This document shows, piece after piece, positions 60,801 through 64,000 of a stretch of 64,000 bases of DNA. Where the stretch lies: NCBI GenBank assembly GCA_964188305.1, contig OZ076889.1; one strand, 5' to 3'. Each line of letters starts with the position of its first letter. Position 1 is the stretch's first letter. Made by a program: the position numbers and the translations under genes. Below the pieces are notes generated by a model. It was not told where the DNA came from, did not search any database, and was given only the letters and a program-made list of their open reading frames with translations. The stretch is from Podarcis bocagei. Its lineage: Eukaryota.

Positions 60801-62553
60801 CAGAGTTATAAAAAGGAATTTAAACTGCATATAAGATTCCTTATTATTGTTATTGTTTTGGAAATGTGCAGGTGGTTAGTGTATATGGAGGACAAAGCTT
60901 TCAAGGGATACCTAGTCGTGATGGCTTTATGCTGCCTCCAGGAACGGAGGCACAATGTCTCTGAATTCTAGTTGCTGGGAAACCGCAGCAGGAGGGAGAG
61001 TTTCTGCCCTCATGTCCTCCTTGTGGGTTTCCCCAAGAGGCATCTCTAGTTGGCTGCTGTGGGAAACAGGATGCTGAAACTAGATAAGCCTTTGGTCTAA
61101 TCCAACAGAGTTCTTGTTATGTTCTAGCCTCCTGCAGCAATTTCAAAGAGGAATTTAATGTGATCATTGGTCAAGAAAGGCCAGAAAAGCATGACACTCA
61201 ATAGGATGGCAGATTTTTTTTGAGAGTCGGTAAATCTTCTGTGCACATCTTACAATCTGGTTTGCATGAACTCCACTTACAAATGACAAGCTGGCTACAG
61301 ACAGGACATCCTTCTGCCCTTAAGCTCCCACTATTTACTACATATATGCAATTATTATCTTGTGGGCAAAAGATCATCTGAGAGCTTTACAACCCCCCCC
61401 CCCTTTAAGAAATGAGTGTATGTTTGTCTGTGTGTGGTAACTCATTGCAACCCCAGTGTTAAAAAGTACATGAATGAAAGAATAAACATCTAAAGCCTCA
61501 ATCGTGCTTTAGCTGCGAATACTGAAGAAATACAATACCTGATTTCCCATTCTGATTGGGGGCCGGGGACCTCCTGCGTATCTTGGTGACATAAAAGGCT
61601 GTAAGCATATAAAATTAGTTCAGTGGCAATGAACGCTCAAAAGTGGAAGTAAACATTATAACCACTTCCTTCACAACTGCTCTTTAAAATACCAAAATTG
61701 ATTGTATTTCCCTTATTCTACACACGTACACACAAACTCCCCAAACCGAGCATTTGATTAGCAGAACATTTCTGAGGTGAATTCCAGGCCAAATGAATGA
61801 AAGATTTAATATACTGCATTCCATTCAACTTGTAATTAGACTTGACACATATACACACAGAAGCATTTTTTTAAAAAACAAAACAAAACCCTGCTGATAA
61901 GAAATATTTAGACTCTTAAGTCTTTGACATTTGTTGTGCTTTACTGTATTTATTTGTTTAAGGTTAGGATGGTTTTAATAATTTTTGACAAGAATTAAAA
62001 TTAGCACAAATGAAAGTACCAAGCGAATATTAAGATACTTTTTAAACAGACTGGTAAATGAAAGTGCGGTTTGGGGAGAAGAGTTTAAAACATTTCAATG
62101 ACAAGTAGTGAAAACAAGCACTTAAACCGTACAATGATTGTCTTAATGCTGGTCGGGGTTGGGGGGGGAGGATTAAAAAATAATGATATTTGTATGTAAA
62201 TTAGCATGTCTGAAAATCGAAAGCTACTTTGTAATCTGATGTCAATGGAACAAATGCAGCCAAGAGGAACAGACTTCCTAGCGGAGGTGAGATGAGGTGG
62301 AATGAAAACGATTTTGGGGTCCCGGGATCTTGAGTGGATGTAAATTCACAACGCTCCACAAACTACCCTGGAGCTGCTCGCTGGTTAAGTTAGCGGAAGG
62401 GTGTGGCTCCCACATGCTTTGAGAGTTCACACAGAACACACATATCACAGCAGTGCCCTGCGATGTCTTTACCTGACTGTGGGGTCCCATCATGCTGTTG
62501 GGGTTGTGAGGTGGAGGCTGTGCGTGTGGCGAGGGCTGAGAGCCAGGCGGTCC
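42223..62553 (-). CDS. SSBP3: Single-stranded DNA-binding protein 3 (SSDP1), partial CDS: last 13 exons (exons 6-18 by human numbering), 801 nt, 266 aa + stop; LUFS/LisH N-terminus outside the window
   Basis: Thirteen small GT-AG exons with consistent phases giving the Gly/Pro/Met-rich SSBP3 sequence that ends [17 protein letters not shown]; synteny with MRPL37. Confidence 0.95.
43853..43954 (-). CDS. SSBP3: SSBP3 exon 17 ([34 protein letters not shown])
   Basis: ctgcag|AAT ... AAT|gtgagt; 102 nt. Confidence 0.93.
44360..44388 (-). CDS. SSBP3: SSBP3 exon 16 ([10 protein letters not shown])
   Basis: tcgcaag|GG ... AAA|gtaagt; 29 nt. Confidence 0.9.
45727..45805 (-). CDS. SSBP3: SSBP3 exon 15 ([26 protein letters not shown])
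   Basis: ctcag|TTC ... G|gtaaga; 79 nt. Confidence 0.92.
45811..45862. repeat. (AAAG)13 microsatellite
   Basis: Perfect 52-nt tetranucleotide run abutting the SSBP3 exon 15 acceptor. Confidence 0.95.
47588..47658 (-). CDS. SSBP3: SSBP3 exon 14 ([24 protein letters not shown])
   Basis: ctacag|AT ... AAT|gtaagt; 71 nt. Confidence 0.92.
49355..49409 (-). CDS. SSBP3: SSBP3 exon 13 ([18 protein letters not shown])
   Basis: caacag|GGG ... G|gtaagg; 55 nt. Confidence 0.92.
50234..50269 (-). CDS. SSBP3: SSBP3 exon 12 ([12 protein letters not shown])
   Basis: cttgcag|ATT ... GTG|gtaggt; 36 nt. Confidence 0.92.
50589..50678. mobile_element. 90-bp MITE, copy 2 (inverted relative to 12561-12650)
   Basis: TIR CATAGCGGTCAAC/GTTGACAGCTCTG; flanks ctgagaagg/ctgggaagg. 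Confidence 0.85.
52002..52050 (-). CDS. SSBP3: SSBP3 exon 11 ([16 protein letters not shown])
   Basis: ctccag|G ... TCA|gtaagt; 49 nt. Confidence 0.92.
52174..52238 (-). CDS. SSBP3: SSBP3 exon 10 ([22 protein letters not shown])
   Basis: ttgcag|AAC ... AT|gtaagg; 65 nt. Confidence 0.92.
54491..54771. mobile_element. Tc1/mariner (pogo/Tigger-like) MITE, 281 bp
   Basis: TIR CCATATTTTTTCACTCTATAAGAC / GTCTTATAGAGCGAAAAATACGG, TA on both sides. Confidence 0.85.
57516..57592 (-). CDS. SSBP3: SSBP3 exon 9 ([26 protein letters not shown])
   Basis: cgctag|GG ... CAG|gtaaaa; 77 nt. Confidence 0.92.
57707..57773 (-). CDS. SSBP3: SSBP3 exon 8 ([22 protein letters not shown])
   Basis: cccatag|CCT ... 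G|gtaaat; 67 nt. Confidence 0.92.
58950..59210 (+). mobile_element. Decayed L2-type LINE 3' end
   Basis: gggccttatcagt..ggcacc, tgtaaactgctttggg and an A-rich terminus; similar remnants near 26130-26440 (+) and 14510-14815 (-). Confidence 0.4.
60762..60788. repeat. (TA)n microsatellite
   Basis: Direct read. Confidence 0.9.
61539..61598 (-). CDS. SSBP3: SSBP3 exon 7 ([20 protein letters not shown])
   Basis: cttacag|CCT ... CAG|gtattg; 60 nt. Confidence 0.92.
62473..62553 (-). CDS. SSBP3: SSBP3 exon 6 ([27 protein letters not shown])
   Basis: ctcacag|GGA ... CAG|gtaaag; 81 nt. Confidence 0.92.
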
Positions 62554-64000
62554 CTGTGAGGTTAGATAGCAGAAGGTGGTTATAGGTCAGGCACATGAAT
62601 GTGCAGGAAAAGAGCTTGCTTGACAGGAGAAGCTGGCGAATCTTCACAGGGAATGAATGTTTTGTTTCTGAACATCGCAAACTTCCAAAAGAAAAAGAAA
62701 TAGAAATTTGGGGGGCGGGGGGGGGGGAGAATGTGGGCAAAGAACCAATAACTGTCAAAGCACATCAAATGAGCTGTTAATTCTGAGTGAGCGACACAGC
62801 TTGTGCCCTCTGACATTTGTGATGGGATCGCTAGTGAGTCCAACGCTGGAATTGCTGCTCGGTGCTGGAATTTTACTGCTGTGCGGACAGACTAAAATAG
62901 GTGCAATGTGTGGCAGCACATAACCTGCAAGCAAATGTTTTCATTGCCGAACCTTAATAAATGCAAACTGTGATCTCAATTAACACAAAAAAGTCTCCAA
63001 AATATCTGGAGTGGGGGTGGGGGAAAACCTGCCTCGTCTAGTCTCACACTGGAAATTGCACACATGGCACCGCAGAAATGCAACATGTCCGCCAACTGTG
63101 CCCTGGCATCTGCCCGCGTTCAGGCACGCTTTATTCAAATTATGTAATTCAGCAGATTTGGGTAAACAAAATGCAAATCTGGGTTGGCTGTATGGATCAT
63201 GATATTGGTCTGGGCAATACAACTTATACAAGCTGAACAAAAAGCCCCCCCCCCCCGGTATACTGCACTGTACTGTTTCAGTCTTCCACAAGCCTGCACT
63301 ATTAAATGCATCTGGATAAGTGCTTGAAGAACACATACAAAACTAGCTCACCCACAATATATTCCTATTAGATTAGCAATAGTACTTTTCTGTGTTTTCA
63401 TTTGCCACTTGGGTTAAGAATTTAGAGCAAGAGAAAGTTAACAAGAAGGTTTATGATTATGATAAGAATAAAAATAAAAATGCTTAATAACATGTTTCCA
63501 TGCTTTACCTAGACTTCCAGTTCTAGGAAGTTTGTAGCAGCAGCAATAACTTATCATTTCTACACACAAGACTATAGTGTCACATTTTTGAGACCAGAAC
63601 TGCGGTCCTTCACCAAGATTAACTATCTATTGAGGCAACAATTAATCTTGCATGCAGATATGATTTTACCTGGGGGGGGGGGGGAGCTTATATGCGCCTG
63701 AGAAGAAAAAGATTCATTTGTATAGTTTCAACCCTGCAATGCAGGGCTGTAGGATTAAACATAATTTTAATTCCCTCCATTCCTGGAATCCCAGAAAACA
63801 AGAAGTTTATTTCAAAAAAAGTGAGTTCTTGAACATGAATAACCAAATTCGCACTATGATGTACACATGTTCCCTGTGTAATTTTTCTCTCTCTCAAACA
63901 AACACAAAATTGTAATTGGTCTGGAAAGCAAACAAGACTTGTAAGTACATTATGAGAATCAGCTACACACTTCAGGAAAAGCAGAGGAACAGATGTTCTA

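Noticed and set aside
41634-63684. Many poly-G runs in SSBP3 as self-binding sites for the pyrimidine-ssDNA-binding SSBP3
   Set aside because: G/C homopolymers also occur outside the gene (e.g. 14460, 34739, 37224); no evidence of specific enrichment.

Overview
Vertebrate genomic DNA, most likely from a lacertid lizard (Sauria/Squam1 and Squam3-type SINEs, CR1/L2/RTE LINE fragments, hAT and Tc1/mariner MITEs). It contains the conserved CYB5RL-MRPL37-SSBP3 block. CYB5RL is on the minus strand: 6 coding exons, 18997->9642, 308 aa. MRPL37 is on the plus strand: 7 coding exons, 21913->30069, 434 aa, head-to-head with CYB5RL across a CpG island. The last 13 exons and 3'UTR of SSBP3 are on the minus strand (62553->~40250); its 5' part lies beyond the window. 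I read all exons by hand; they have GT-AG boundaries and consistent phases. Most entries in the ORF track are spurious. I see no prokaryote-like novel system. The best leads are regulatory: (1) a candidate unannotated alternative last exon, with its own AATAAA and a preceding 90-nt cassette, in SSBP3 intron 11; (2) an in-frame TGA separating a strong-Kozak MAAAASGR start from the MRPL37 ORF; (3) a hairpin that sequesters the proximal SSBP3 poly(A) signal; (4) unusual SSBP3 splice acceptors and a candidate poison exon.
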